Origin: Octopus bimaculoides
Taxonomy: Eukaryota
Length of the DNA stretch: 64,000 nucleotides
Assembly (NCBI RefSeq): GCF_001194135.2
Contig: NC_068985.1
Coordinates: forward strand, 118,757,653 to 118,821,652
Direction of reading: 5' to 3'
Part shown: positions 25,491-36,572 of the stretch, in pieces
Position numbering within the stretch: position 1 is the stretch's first letter
How the letters are laid out: each line of letters begins with the position of its first letter
Position numbers and translations under genes: made by a program
The notes under the pieces: model-generated
Told to the model about the DNA's origin: nothing
What the model saw: the letters and a program-made list of their open reading frames with translations, nothing else
Databases searched by the model: none

Positions 25491-26305
25491 AACTCTTGAT
25501 CTTTTTCGTCTACCCTATGTACAAAAAGGAAAAATTTTTAACAGCCCAGAATTCATGATGAATCCTTGAAGGGGATGAAAGCACTCAAGAAATAGTATTT
25601 ATCCAAATTCTGACTACATTCTTGTTTTATTGATACACACACACACATATATATACTTGTAGGCATGTATGTATGTATACATATTTCTGCTTGTGTGTAT
25701 ACACCTGTGTGAATGTTGATATCCCACCGCTTGAATGGTGTTTACATTCCTTGCTGGAATTATGAATTGTTGTTTTTTGAAGACCTGTGGAATAAAAAGT
25801 CCTTTACTTGAAAAACAAGTTGCCAACAGGAAGAGCATCTGGCTGGTGGAGTATGAGGTGTCCTAACCCAGAAATATCGAAATACTTGGTAAAACTATCA
25901 GCCTATTTTATTTTTATAAATTGTATTGTTCTGGCTTAAAAAGAGTATAATTAAAAACATTTATATATGTCTGTCTGTATGTATGTATGTATGTATGTAT
26001 GTATGTATGATGAAATAGTGTTGTAGATGATTACCAGCAGATAGAAAGCATAAGAACTTCATAATGAGTAAAAATAAAAATAAAAAACCCCTGAATTCTA
26101 TATATGTATTTCCTCATAATTCCTTTTCCAAATTCAAATTTCTAATCTTTCCAGATATTATCAAGGAATGATTATCTCTCATGTAATAGCTGTCATCACT
26201 AGGGAAACTATCCCTCTCTCTTGATATTTATATAGTTCAAATTTACAGAAAAAAAAGACAAAGACAGGTGTAGGAACAACAAGCAGGTGTACTATATATA
26301 TATAT

Positions 26306-26340
<35 letters not shown>

Positions 26341-26477
26341 NNNNNNNNNNNNNNNNNNNNNNNNNNNNNNNNNNNNNNNNNNNNNNNNNNNNNNNNNNNN
26401 NNNNNNNNNNNNNNNNNNNNNNNNNNNNNNNNNNNNNNNNNNNNNNNNNNNNNNNNNNNNNNNNNNNNNNNNNNCAT

Positions 26478-26513
<36 letters not shown>

Positions 26514-26958
26514 GTAGGAGAGACTGTTGTTACATCCATACCATCTTTTCATGCAAGTGTCCAGGTATTTGGAGTGGACATTGCAACCTTCAGTGATCAA
26601 CTATTGTGGTTACCTGCTGAAGATCATAACTGTCTCCTAATACCTGGACACCACTCTGAAGCCATGGTACAGCGATCACAAAATGCACACACACACACAC
26701 ACATATACACCTGCATGATATTCTATGAGACTTCTTACAAATACACACTGAAGACATTTTGGTGTTTTACACACAAAAACTAACTATCCAGCTGCTCTCT
26801 TTAAACTACACAAGCAAACTTGTATATATCTATACACATACACGTGTGTGTGTGTATGTATAAATATATATATACATATTTGCATATCTATGTATATATA
26901 TGTATGAGTACATATATATATCTATATATATGTGTGTGTGTGTTTTGTATATATATGC

Positions 26959-26991
<33 letters not shown>

Positions 26992-27500
26992 NNNNNNNNN
27001 NTACATGTATATACATACATACATATATATATAAATAATATATATATATATATATATATGTGTGTGTATATAAATATGTAACCCACATAAATGCACTCTT
27101 CCTCTTTCTCAAACACATAATTATAACTGTATTTCATGTATTCCTAGCTTCTCAAAAGAAATATCACATGTACTGAAGTCTCACTTGAAAGATGGCAGCA
27201 AGTAGCTTTAATCTTAACAAAATTAATTACATCTCATCTCCAACAAGTCCCAGAACATGTCAATATAAGTTCTAGAGAGGATAATCAGCAGAGTTCAAGG
27301 ATGGCAGTACTTGTAGTAACAGTAGCTGTAGTGGTAGTAGTAGTGGTTGTTATGATGGTAGTGGTATGGACTGTGTTGGTAACGTTTCCTTGCAAAAGGT
27401 TGCTGCTTGAAGCCTGAAGCTTTGTGCTTCATTCTATTGCTTATAATTCTCCAGCACTCACCTATTGTACACACACATAAGTAAGTATGTAAATGCAAAA

Positions 27501-27727
27501 TAAGGTGGAAAAAAATTGTACTCAAATAAAGAAGATATGCTTTCTATTAAAGCTGAAAAGACCTTAACAAACTGTTACTTAGAGTTTCACATTACTGTTT
27601 GTCAGACAGTTGCGATCATACTAAAATAAAAAAAATTAATTTTAGTATGATCACAAATGTCCAATGAATGGTAATATGAATCTTTGAGTAACAGTTTGTG
27701 AAGAGTTTTTTGGCTTCAATGAAAGGT
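27501..27727. repeat. Foldback element, copy 2
   Basis: Same flank and arms as copy 1. A different central loop contains a perfect 14-bp inner hairpin. Confidence 0.8.
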
Positions 27728-27731
27728 ATGC

Positions 27732-27762
<31 letters not shown>

Positions 27763-28364
27763 AACATAATTAAGGGATCAGCAAACATTTGCTTCACCAC
27801 ATACCGAAGTAATGCTATCTGTTGGAGTCTCAGCTTNNNNNNNNNNNNNNNNNNNNNNNNNNNNNNNNNNNNNNNNNNNNNNNNNNNNNNNNNNNNNNNN
27901 NNNNNNNNNNNNNNNNNNNNNNNNNNNNNNNNNNNNNNNNNNNNNNNNNNNNNNNNNNNNNNNNNNNNNNNNNNNNNNNNNNNNNNNNNNNNNNNNNNNN
28001 NNNNNNNNNNNNNNNNNNNNNNNNNNNNNNNNNNNNNNNNNNNNNNNNNNNNNNNNNNNNNNNNNNNNNNNNNNNNNNNNNNNNNNNNNNNNNNNNNNNN
28101 NNNNNNNNNNNNNNNNNNNNNNNNNNNNNNNNNNNNNNNNNNNNNNNNNNNNNNNNNNNNNNNNNNNNNNNNNNNNNNATATGTATATATTATGGACTCT
28201 CCTATTGTTAGATGATGTAGTAGGGTTTGGCAATTTCTTGCCGAACAACCACACATATAATTTATTTATAGTGATCAAATGATTGTGTACACATAAGCTC
28301 ACTCCCTCCATCAAATTGACATTACCTGTACAGGGGCACCATGAGCTACATGTAACACTCTGAC

Positions 28365-28500
28365 CACCATGCCACACACGAAGACATGGGATGAAGAACT
28401 GAAGGATGACCTCAGGACATTGAACCTTATGGAGGAGATGACAAAGGACAGAGATATCTGGCACTTTGTTGTACTCAAGAAGACCCGTCCCCCACAGCAG
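28365..28500 (+). mobile_element. RTE-X-like LINE C-terminal fragment
   Basis: KTWDEELKDDLRTLNLMEEMTKDRDIWHFVVLKKTR, similar to the RTE-X end motif (RPRKTW.E.V..DL...DR..WR). A SINE-C-type tail follows. Confidence 0.65.
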
Positions 28501-28806
28501 GAGTGTTAATGTCATTCCTCCTGATGAAGAAGATTGACCTGTGCTGGTGCCACATCAAAGTGCTTGTGCTAATGCCATGTTAAAAGCACTCAGCACATAT
28601 AGTAAAGTGGTTGGCATTAAGTAGAGCATCCGACCATAGAATCCAAACTAAATCAGACTGGAACCTAGTACAACACTCCTGCTTGACAGCTCTGGTCAAA
28701 CCATCCAACTTATACCAGTATGGAAAACAGATGTTAAAGGATGAGGATGAGGATGAGGATGATGATGATGATGNNNNNNNNNNTGATGATGGTGATGATG
28801 ATGATG

Positions 28807-28836
<30 letters not shown>

Positions 28837-28837
<1 letters not shown>

Positions 28838-29045
28838 AAAACATCACAAAAATATCAGAAAAAACTGTTACTCAGAGTTTCATGTAGCTGTTCATCGAGC
28901 AGTTGTGTGCCCGATGAACAGGAATGTTAAACTCTGAGTAGCAGTTTTTGTGATATTCTTGTGATGTTTTTGCAGCATTAATAATAAACCATATTACACT
29001 ACCTCTGGTATTCGAGTACTATTTCTTCCCACCTTGTTTCACATT
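28837..29045. repeat. Foldback element, copy 3 (opposite orientation)
   Basis: ~65-bp imperfect inverted arms (28837-28901 and 28908-28971) around a 6-nt loop. The flank gagtactatttcttcccaccttg is the reverse complement of the family flank. Confidence 0.85.
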
Positions 29046-29062
29046 TATGTGCTTACTTGGAC

Positions 29063-29093
<31 letters not shown>

Positions 29094-30207
29094 TGTATGT
29101 ATGCATACATGTATATGTGTGTGAGTGTATACATATATATATATACTCTTTTACTCTTTTACTTGTTTCAGTCTTTTGACTGCGGCCATGCTGGAGCACC
29201 GCCTTTAGTCGAAGAAATCGACCCCAGGACTTATTCTTTGGAAGCCTAGTACTTATTCTATCGGTCTCTATAGCCGAACCACTAAGTTACGGGGACATAA
29301 ACACACCAGCATCGGTTGTCAAGCGATGTTGGGGGGACAAACACAGACATACAAACACACACACACATACACATATATATACACATATACGACGGGCTTC
29401 TTTCAGTTTCCGTCTACCAAATCCACTCNNNNNNNNNNNNNNNNNNNNNNNNNNNNNNNNNNNNNNNNNNNNNNNNNNNNNNNNNNNNNNNNNNNNNNNN
29501 NNNNNNNNNNNNNNNNNNNNNNNNNNNNNNNNNNNNNNNNNNNNNNNNNNNNNNNNNNNNNNNNNNNNNNNNNNNNNNNNNNNNNNNNNNNNNNNNNNNN
29601 NNNNNNNNNNNNNNNNNNNNNNNNNNNNNNNNNNNNNNNNNNNNNNNNNNNNNNNNNNNNNNNNNNNNNNNNNNNNNNNNNNNNNNNNNNNNNNNNNNNN
29701 NNNNNNNNNNNNNNNNTATATATATATATATATATATGTATGTACAGCATCAATAAATTAATAATATGATAAACTAGAACAGTTCGTCAAATGGAAATGA
29801 AAGAAAACAAAACCCAAATAAATTAATTAATAAACTAATTAATTACAGTGTGTTTAACAGTGATACCTTACTACATCCCACCTTCCAGTTCAATCTGTCA
29901 GATACCGATAGTTATCTTTTTTATATTGTGCTTTAAGAAATTTCATTATTCACCTGAATTGTGAATAATTACGTAATGCTTTGTAGTATTGGCAGTTGTT
30001 TTCTGCAGTGGTAGCAGAAGTGTTACTATCTGATGGGTTTTGTTAAACATACACGCATGCACATATGCAACTACATGCATGCATGTATGTATGTACGTTA
30101 GATATTAGACAATAAACCGAATGGCTTATACCGGGTACCTCTAGTCAAACTTTCCAACCCATGCCAGTATGGAAAACAGATGTTAAAGGATGTTGATGAT
30201 GATGATG

Positions 30208-30251
<44 letters not shown>

Positions 30252-30604
30252 ATGTAATGTATGTATATATGTGTATGTGTGTGTTTGTGTGTATATATAT
30301 GCACACACACACACATATATATATACATATACATGTATGTATGAATGTATGTAATGTGTCTGCTGTGACTTGCAAATAAAAGAAACAAAAAACTCAAAAA
30401 ACAAAGAAACAATTTCTAATCTATTATAAGCACAAAACTTGAAAAGTTTGGGGATTGGACTAGTCAATTACTTTGACACCAGTGTTCACATGTAGCACAT
30501 GTAGTTGATAGAAGCAAAATTTATAAATATAAACTAAAACATAGTAGCTTCAAGCAAATATAATTGAGCTGAGGGAGACTCAGTAAATAAATGAAGAAGC
30601 TTTA

Positions 30605-30805
30605 TTGTGTTGCTGGGCCTGCTAGAAATGGCAACCACAATTTTCCTACAATTACACCCTTTCATCTTAAAGAGGGATCTTGGATAATTTAGTTTCAGAT
30701 GAATATGTCTGAAAATAAAGGATGGGATTGTAACGGCTGGAGTGTTTTTGAAAATAGATCTGCATGCTCAATATTTACCTAGGGCTAAATAACACCAACT
30801 ACAAA
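30605..30805 (+). mobile_element. SINE-like family H (ctagaaatagcagccaaatct... (CAA)n end)
   Basis: Homologous pieces at 44375-44580(+), 9190-9250(-) and 8620-8690(-). Confidence 0.6.
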
Positions 30806-31241
30806 CATGCATGTATACACATGCATATATATATATACATACACATACAAACATGAGTATATACATACAACGTGGCTATAACTAAATTTTGAGCAATGCT
30901 ATATTACTTAATTTTTCTCTTAAACATGGGTAGCATGGATGTGGCTGGCTTTTCAATCCTGTTAAAAACCTAGACTCTTTTGCACATGAATGGTAAACAG
31001 TGGATGCCTCTTGCAATAGGTGTTCAGGGAGCTTCCCACCCATGCTTATACATTTCCTCATTCTACCAGGGAATTTTTTCCTGTGTGTTTTGTGCTTCTT
31101 GGCTAAGACGAACTAAAATATTCAACACATAATAAAGCTGCTAAAAATCAAACAATACCTGTGTCTGAAGAGAGAAAAGGCCTTTCAAAGACCTTTTCTC
31201 TAGATAATGTCTGCACTTGCTCAAAAAGAACATCCATACAC

Positions 31242-31655
31242 AAGTGCAGGTGTGGCTGTATGGTAAGAAACTTGCTTCCCAATCACATGATCCTGGGTTC
31301 AGTCCCACTGTGTGGCACATTGGGTGAGTGTCTTCTACTATGGTTTTGGACCAACCAAAGCCTTGAGAATGGATTTGGTAGATGGAAACTGAAAGAAGCC
31401 CATCAAGTGTCTGTATACATATATGTATATACATATATATCTATGTGTGTGTTTGTCTATGTTTGTCTCCAACCACTGCTTAACAACCAGTGTTAGTTTG
31501 TGTTCATCCTTGTAACTTAGCAGTTCGGAAAAAGGAGACTGGTAGAATAGGTTTAAAAAAAAAAAGTGTTGGGGTTGATTTCTTTGACTAAAACATTTCA
31601 AGATGGTGCTCCAGCATGGCTGCAGTCTAATAACTAAGATAAATAAAAGATAAAG
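31242..31655 (+). mobile_element. SINE family A, near full length
   Basis: Head, internal TA/TG tract and body ending in an AAAG-rich tail. Confidence 0.85.
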
Positions 31656-32104
31656 TTACATACATACATACACATACATGCATATACAAACATACATACA
31701 CACACAAACACATATATATATGTACATATGTACAAAGGCCTGTCATAGACTGTAAAGTATTGGATTTCCTTGAAAGAGGTACATAGTCTCTACATTCCAG
31801 AAAAATAACAGTTGGTAGAGGTGGTCATGGTACAATGTTCATGCGTTTCCCAATAGTATTTCACAGCATGAGCAAGGTAAAATGGCTGTGAACTGAAATC
31901 ATATAATAACTGTAGCTCATCTAGGCTGTATAATGCTACCTTTGTAGGGGCTTACCTCTTGTCCTATAATAATGGTCCCAAAATGGTGTAACTCAGCATA
32001 GTTGTCTACAATAAACCCTTATTGTGTCTGCTGTGACTTGTAAAAAAAAACAAAAAAACAAACAAAAAACAACAACAACAATGAAGTAATAATTTCTCAT
32101 AATC

Positions 32105-32140
<36 letters not shown>

Positions 32141-32326
32141 GTAATGATAGTAATGCTTTCTACAATAGGCACAAAGCCTGGAAATTTCGGGGTACTTATT
32201 TTATTGACCCCAGAAGGATGAAACGTAAAGTCGAACCTGGCAGCATTTGAACTCAGAACATAAAGTTGGAAGAAATGCCGCTAAGCATTTTTCCAGAATG
32301 GTATGAAACTCAGCCAGCTTGCCGTC

Positions 32327-32363
<37 letters not shown>

Positions 32364-34064
32364 TAATAATCATAATAATAATAATAACAATCATAATAAT
32401 AATAATAATAATCCACAGTTTTCCACTTTCATTTACCTTTGCAATATTTCATATTTGAAAGTCTATAAGTAAATGTTAAATTAATGGTTATTATTTTAAA
32501 GCAAGTTTAAGAATAATCACAGAACACTTATTGATGGCATGGGAGGACACAATAATGGAAGTAGAGTCAAATGTCAAATCTATTATAAAATTCATTTTGT
32601 CAGGGACTTTAAATTTCATTTGATGGTATATTCTGATAGTTAAAGTGACCTTCTTGATTCATGCTGACTCATAAGGGCTGATTTCCTGGTTTCCATGGTG
32701 TATAAAGTATCCACCTGGACAGGACAACGGGCTGTCACAGGATTACTCATTTTTACCAGAAGAGTGAACTGGAGCAACATGAAATGAAGTGTTTTGCTCA
32801 AGAACACAATGCACTGTCCAGTCCAGGAACTGAAACCACAATCTTATGATCATGAATCCAACACCCTAACCACTAAGTCACATGCCTCCACTATTTTGAT
32901 GGTTAGATATATCATCAAAGAAAACTTAATGTCCCAATTAAAATGAATCATATAAATCTCATATAAAGTATGAAATGACAGCAAAAGCATATGAAATAGA
33001 AAACAATAATTTTTTTGTTTGAACTAGTAGAGTGTTTAGCTGTGATAATGTTTTTATTTATATAATATATCCATAAATTAATTATTTCTTGCATAGGCAC
33101 CAAGGCCTGAAATATGGCTGGTGGGAAGGATTAGCTAATACTACCAACTCTAGTACGTGTACCCACAAATTAATATATTTTTTTAAGTGTATAACACCAG
33201 GAATGAGTTATTATTCATAAGTTTATTAATTTAAAGACTGTTCACATTTTTACTTTAATGTTTTACATCAACACCATATTTCATCAATGGCCAAGTAGAT
33301 TAGAATGTTACTGCCTTTATTTTGGAGATAAAAATTCCTGGTTCAAATCTAGTTGGATACTATGAAAACATCTAGGAATTAGGTCCCTGATGAGGATGAG
33401 GGATTATACTGACTGAAATGTTGTGGAGATGTAAATATTTAAAAATATCTAAAGACAAGGTTAATAGTTTGAAAAATTGTAATTAAGTTATTAATGGATT
33501 TCCCATTTGAAAACAGTAAAATAATAATAATTTTAACATAGGGCAAAGCCTGAAATTTTGGGAGGTGGAGGTTCTTCAATACTATTGACCCCCAGTACTT
33601 GACATGTACTTTATTTTATTGCCCCTATAAGGATGAAAGGCATATTTGACCTAGACAGAACTTGAACTCAGAATGTAAATAGCTGAAATAAATACTGCAA
33701 AACATGCTCTAATGGTTCAGCCAATCCATCACCACACAAAATTAAAATTTCTAATTTAAGCACAAGGCCTGCAATTCTGAGGGGAGGGTTTACTCAGTTA
33801 TACTGACCCTAATACTGTATTGGTACTTTATTGACCTGAGGAGATGAAAGGCAAAGCTGACCTTGCCATACTTAGAATTCAGAATGTAAAGAGCCCTATG
33901 CTCTCACAATTCTGTGAATTCACCATATACTGGAGTTGATATCATCAACCATACTCTCCACTTTTGCCTATAAAAGCTAGAGTTGACATAGTCAACTATA
34001 CTTATTTTAAAAATTTTACTCTAAGAATTGGCCTTTTGTCTAGACAAAAGTATTTAATAGCAAG

Positions 34065-35413
34065 TTGATCAGAAGATGATTTTTTATTGGTTACAACTTG
34101 CATTTACCTCCAGCACAATGCCAGAAGGGCCATGTATCCTGTTTCATTGTCGGTATTCTGAGTTCATCAGCAGTTGTAGCGTATTGTTCTCCATCAGGGT
34201 CTCGACCTCAAGTTTGGGTCAGTTCTCAAATGATATGGCTAGTGGGCAAATCTGAGTGTTGCAGACAGTGTCCAGCAAGTTGTATCCATCTTCCTGCTAT
34301 CATATAGATCAGCTTGGAGGAGGTTGCCATGGAGGTACTTTAGAATGGCTATGTCCAGATGAAATCTTTGAATTGACAGAAACAGTTAAAATGTTTCACT
34401 AAATACTTGGCATCAATCAGTTTTCTCTCCAACTATGCAATAACCTTTGTTCTTTGATTTTGCAATCCAATCTTGGTTAAGTAAGTATCAGTAATATTAT
34501 AAAGTTGGATTTTAATTACTGGACTGTACAACACTTCTCCAACAAAAACTGGCCTTACGGTGCTGCTTTATTCAAAATAAAATCAATATTCACATTACTT
34601 TCATTTCTAAACAAAAGATATAAAAAAAAACAAACCAAAAACAAAAACAAACAAAACCAGTGGTGGAACATAATAGAAAGAACGGGTGGAGGCTGGGGAG
34701 TAGAATAACAAAAAAAAAAAAAAATTGACTTCTTTTACTGAATGATGTAAAAAAAAATATTGATGGATTCTGATTTGAAAGACATTTTCTTTTACTTTTG
34801 TTTTTTTTTTCTTTTATGATTTTTTTCCCCCAGAAAATAAACCAAACAAACAGCTAGGACATAATACAAGTAACAGTCTAGAGTGGTATTTGAACTATTT
34901 TGAAGAAATTTATAAAGTTTATCCAAACTTTCTGTTCTGTGTAAATTTTTTTCTGTTAAAAAACAAAAATAATCATACACTTTTTTTTCTTTCATATTAT
35001 TTGTGTTGTTTTAACTAAATGTTTTTGTCTTTTTTTTGTATTTCAGATAATATTAAATAAAGGAGAAAGAGATAGAATGAAGAATATAGAAATAGTATAA
35101 TCAAAATAAAATAATAATAATAATAATAATTACAATAATGATAATAATAATAAAATTAACAATGATGGTGATGAAGATAACAAGAACAATAATAATGATA
35201 ATGATTAACTTCATAATTCAGGCCCAGGGCCAGAAATTTAGAAGACTTGGGAATGAGGATGTGTGGTGCTCAGCCAGAAATCAAAACCCAGCTGGTGGAC
35301 TCGGCTTGCCGGAAGCTTACTTCATGCTCTGTGGACTGTGCCGCAACAATAACAACAACAACAACAACAGTCATAATCATAATAATAATAATGGTAATGA
35401 CAATAAAAATAAA

Positions 35414-35460
<47 letters not shown>

Positions 35461-35634
35461 TAATAATAATAATAATTGAGGATATGTTGTGGAATGGAGA
35501 GAGATGGCATGTTTTATTATTTTTCGTGTTTTTTTTTTTCAGAAGAAAGGGAGGCAGGGCAAGGCGGAATATAATGAAGAAAGTCACATAGAAAAAAAAA
35601 AAAAGAACAAAAAAACAAAAAAAAACAAAGTTGG
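34065..35634 (-). other. Putative 3' UTR of the FBXL16-like gene, with AATAAA at 34088-34083
   Basis: Mostly non-SINE sequence downstream of the stop, with U-rich tracts, ending in ...gttgtaaccAATAAAaaatcatc. Other AATAAA hexamers lie near 34570 and 35515. The end point is inferred. Confidence 0.45.
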
Positions 35635-35783
35635 TTATTCTAAGACTAAACAGCCAGAAATATTGTCACGGAGATATTGACAGAGGTCTGCCGTGGCACT
35701 GTTACAGTTTGTCAGCTCCAATTCTTCGAGGTTACGAAGATTCACCAGTCCGCAGAGTCCATGACTTGTTACTTGTGAACAAC
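35635..35783 (-). CDS. FBXL16: FBXL16-like F-box/LRR protein, last coding exon including TAA stop
   Basis: Acceptor ...ctttttttactttactag|GT TGT..., translating as (G)[48 protein letters not shown]. This matches the recalled FBXL16 C-terminus [49 protein letters not shown]. The upstream exon's final G plus GT gives Gly in frame. Confidence 0.95.
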
Positions 35784-35846
35784 CTAGTAAAGTAAAAAAA
35801 GAGAATAACTGAAACAAGAATAAAAAGAACAAGAACAACAATAATG

Positions 35847-36548
35847 ATGGTTTCAAATTTTGGCACAACACAAGTAATTTCACGAGAAGGGACTAAGTTG
35901 ATTACATCAACTTCAGTGTTCAACTGGTACTTATTTCATCCAATCCTGAAAGAATGAAAGGTGAAGTCAACCGCAGTGGAATTTGAACTTGGAATGTAAA
36001 GATAGACGAAATGCTACAAAGCATTTTGTGTAGTGTGTTAATGATTCTGCCAGCTTGCTGCTGCCTTAACAACAATAATTATAATAAGGCAGTGAGCCGG
36101 CAGAATCGTTAGCACACTGGGCAAAATGCTTAGTGGCATTTCATCTGTCTTTATGTTCAGAGTTCAAATTCTGCCATGGTCAACTTTGCCTATCATCCTT
36201 TCGGGGTTGATTAAATAAGTACCAGTTACGCACTGGGGTCAATGTAATTGATTTAATTCCTTTTTCTGTCCTTGTTTGTCCCCTCTATGTTTAGCCTCCT
36301 GTAGGCAATAAATGAATAAATAATAATAATAATCCTTTCTACTAAAGGCACATGGCCTGAAATTTTCAAGGAGGGACTAGTCGATTACATTGATCTCAGT
36401 CTTTCACTGGTACTTATTTTATTGACTCCAAAAGGATGAAAGGCAAAGTTGTCCTCAGCGGAATTTGAACTCGAAAGGTAAGGATGGACAAAATACCACT
36501 AAGTATTTTGCCTGGTGTGCTAATGGTTCTACCAGCTCGCTGCCTTAA
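35847..36548. mobile_element. Three SINE-B copies (-, +, -) next to the last-exon acceptor
   Basis: 35847-36067 (-), 36085-36260 (+), 36333-36548 (-). Confidence 0.85.
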
Positions 36549-36572
36549 CAATAATAATAAAAATAATAATAA

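Noticed and set aside
34098-34400. Coding potential in the distal 3' UTR region (for example PDGEQYATTADELRIPTMKQDTWPFWHCAGGKCKL*)
   Set aside because: In-frame stops lie just upstream in the frames I checked, there is no clear acceptor, and I recognise no homology.
35138-35591. Poly-N, poly-I and poly-Y ORFs
   Set aside because: These are translations of (AAT)n/(AAC)n microsatellites.
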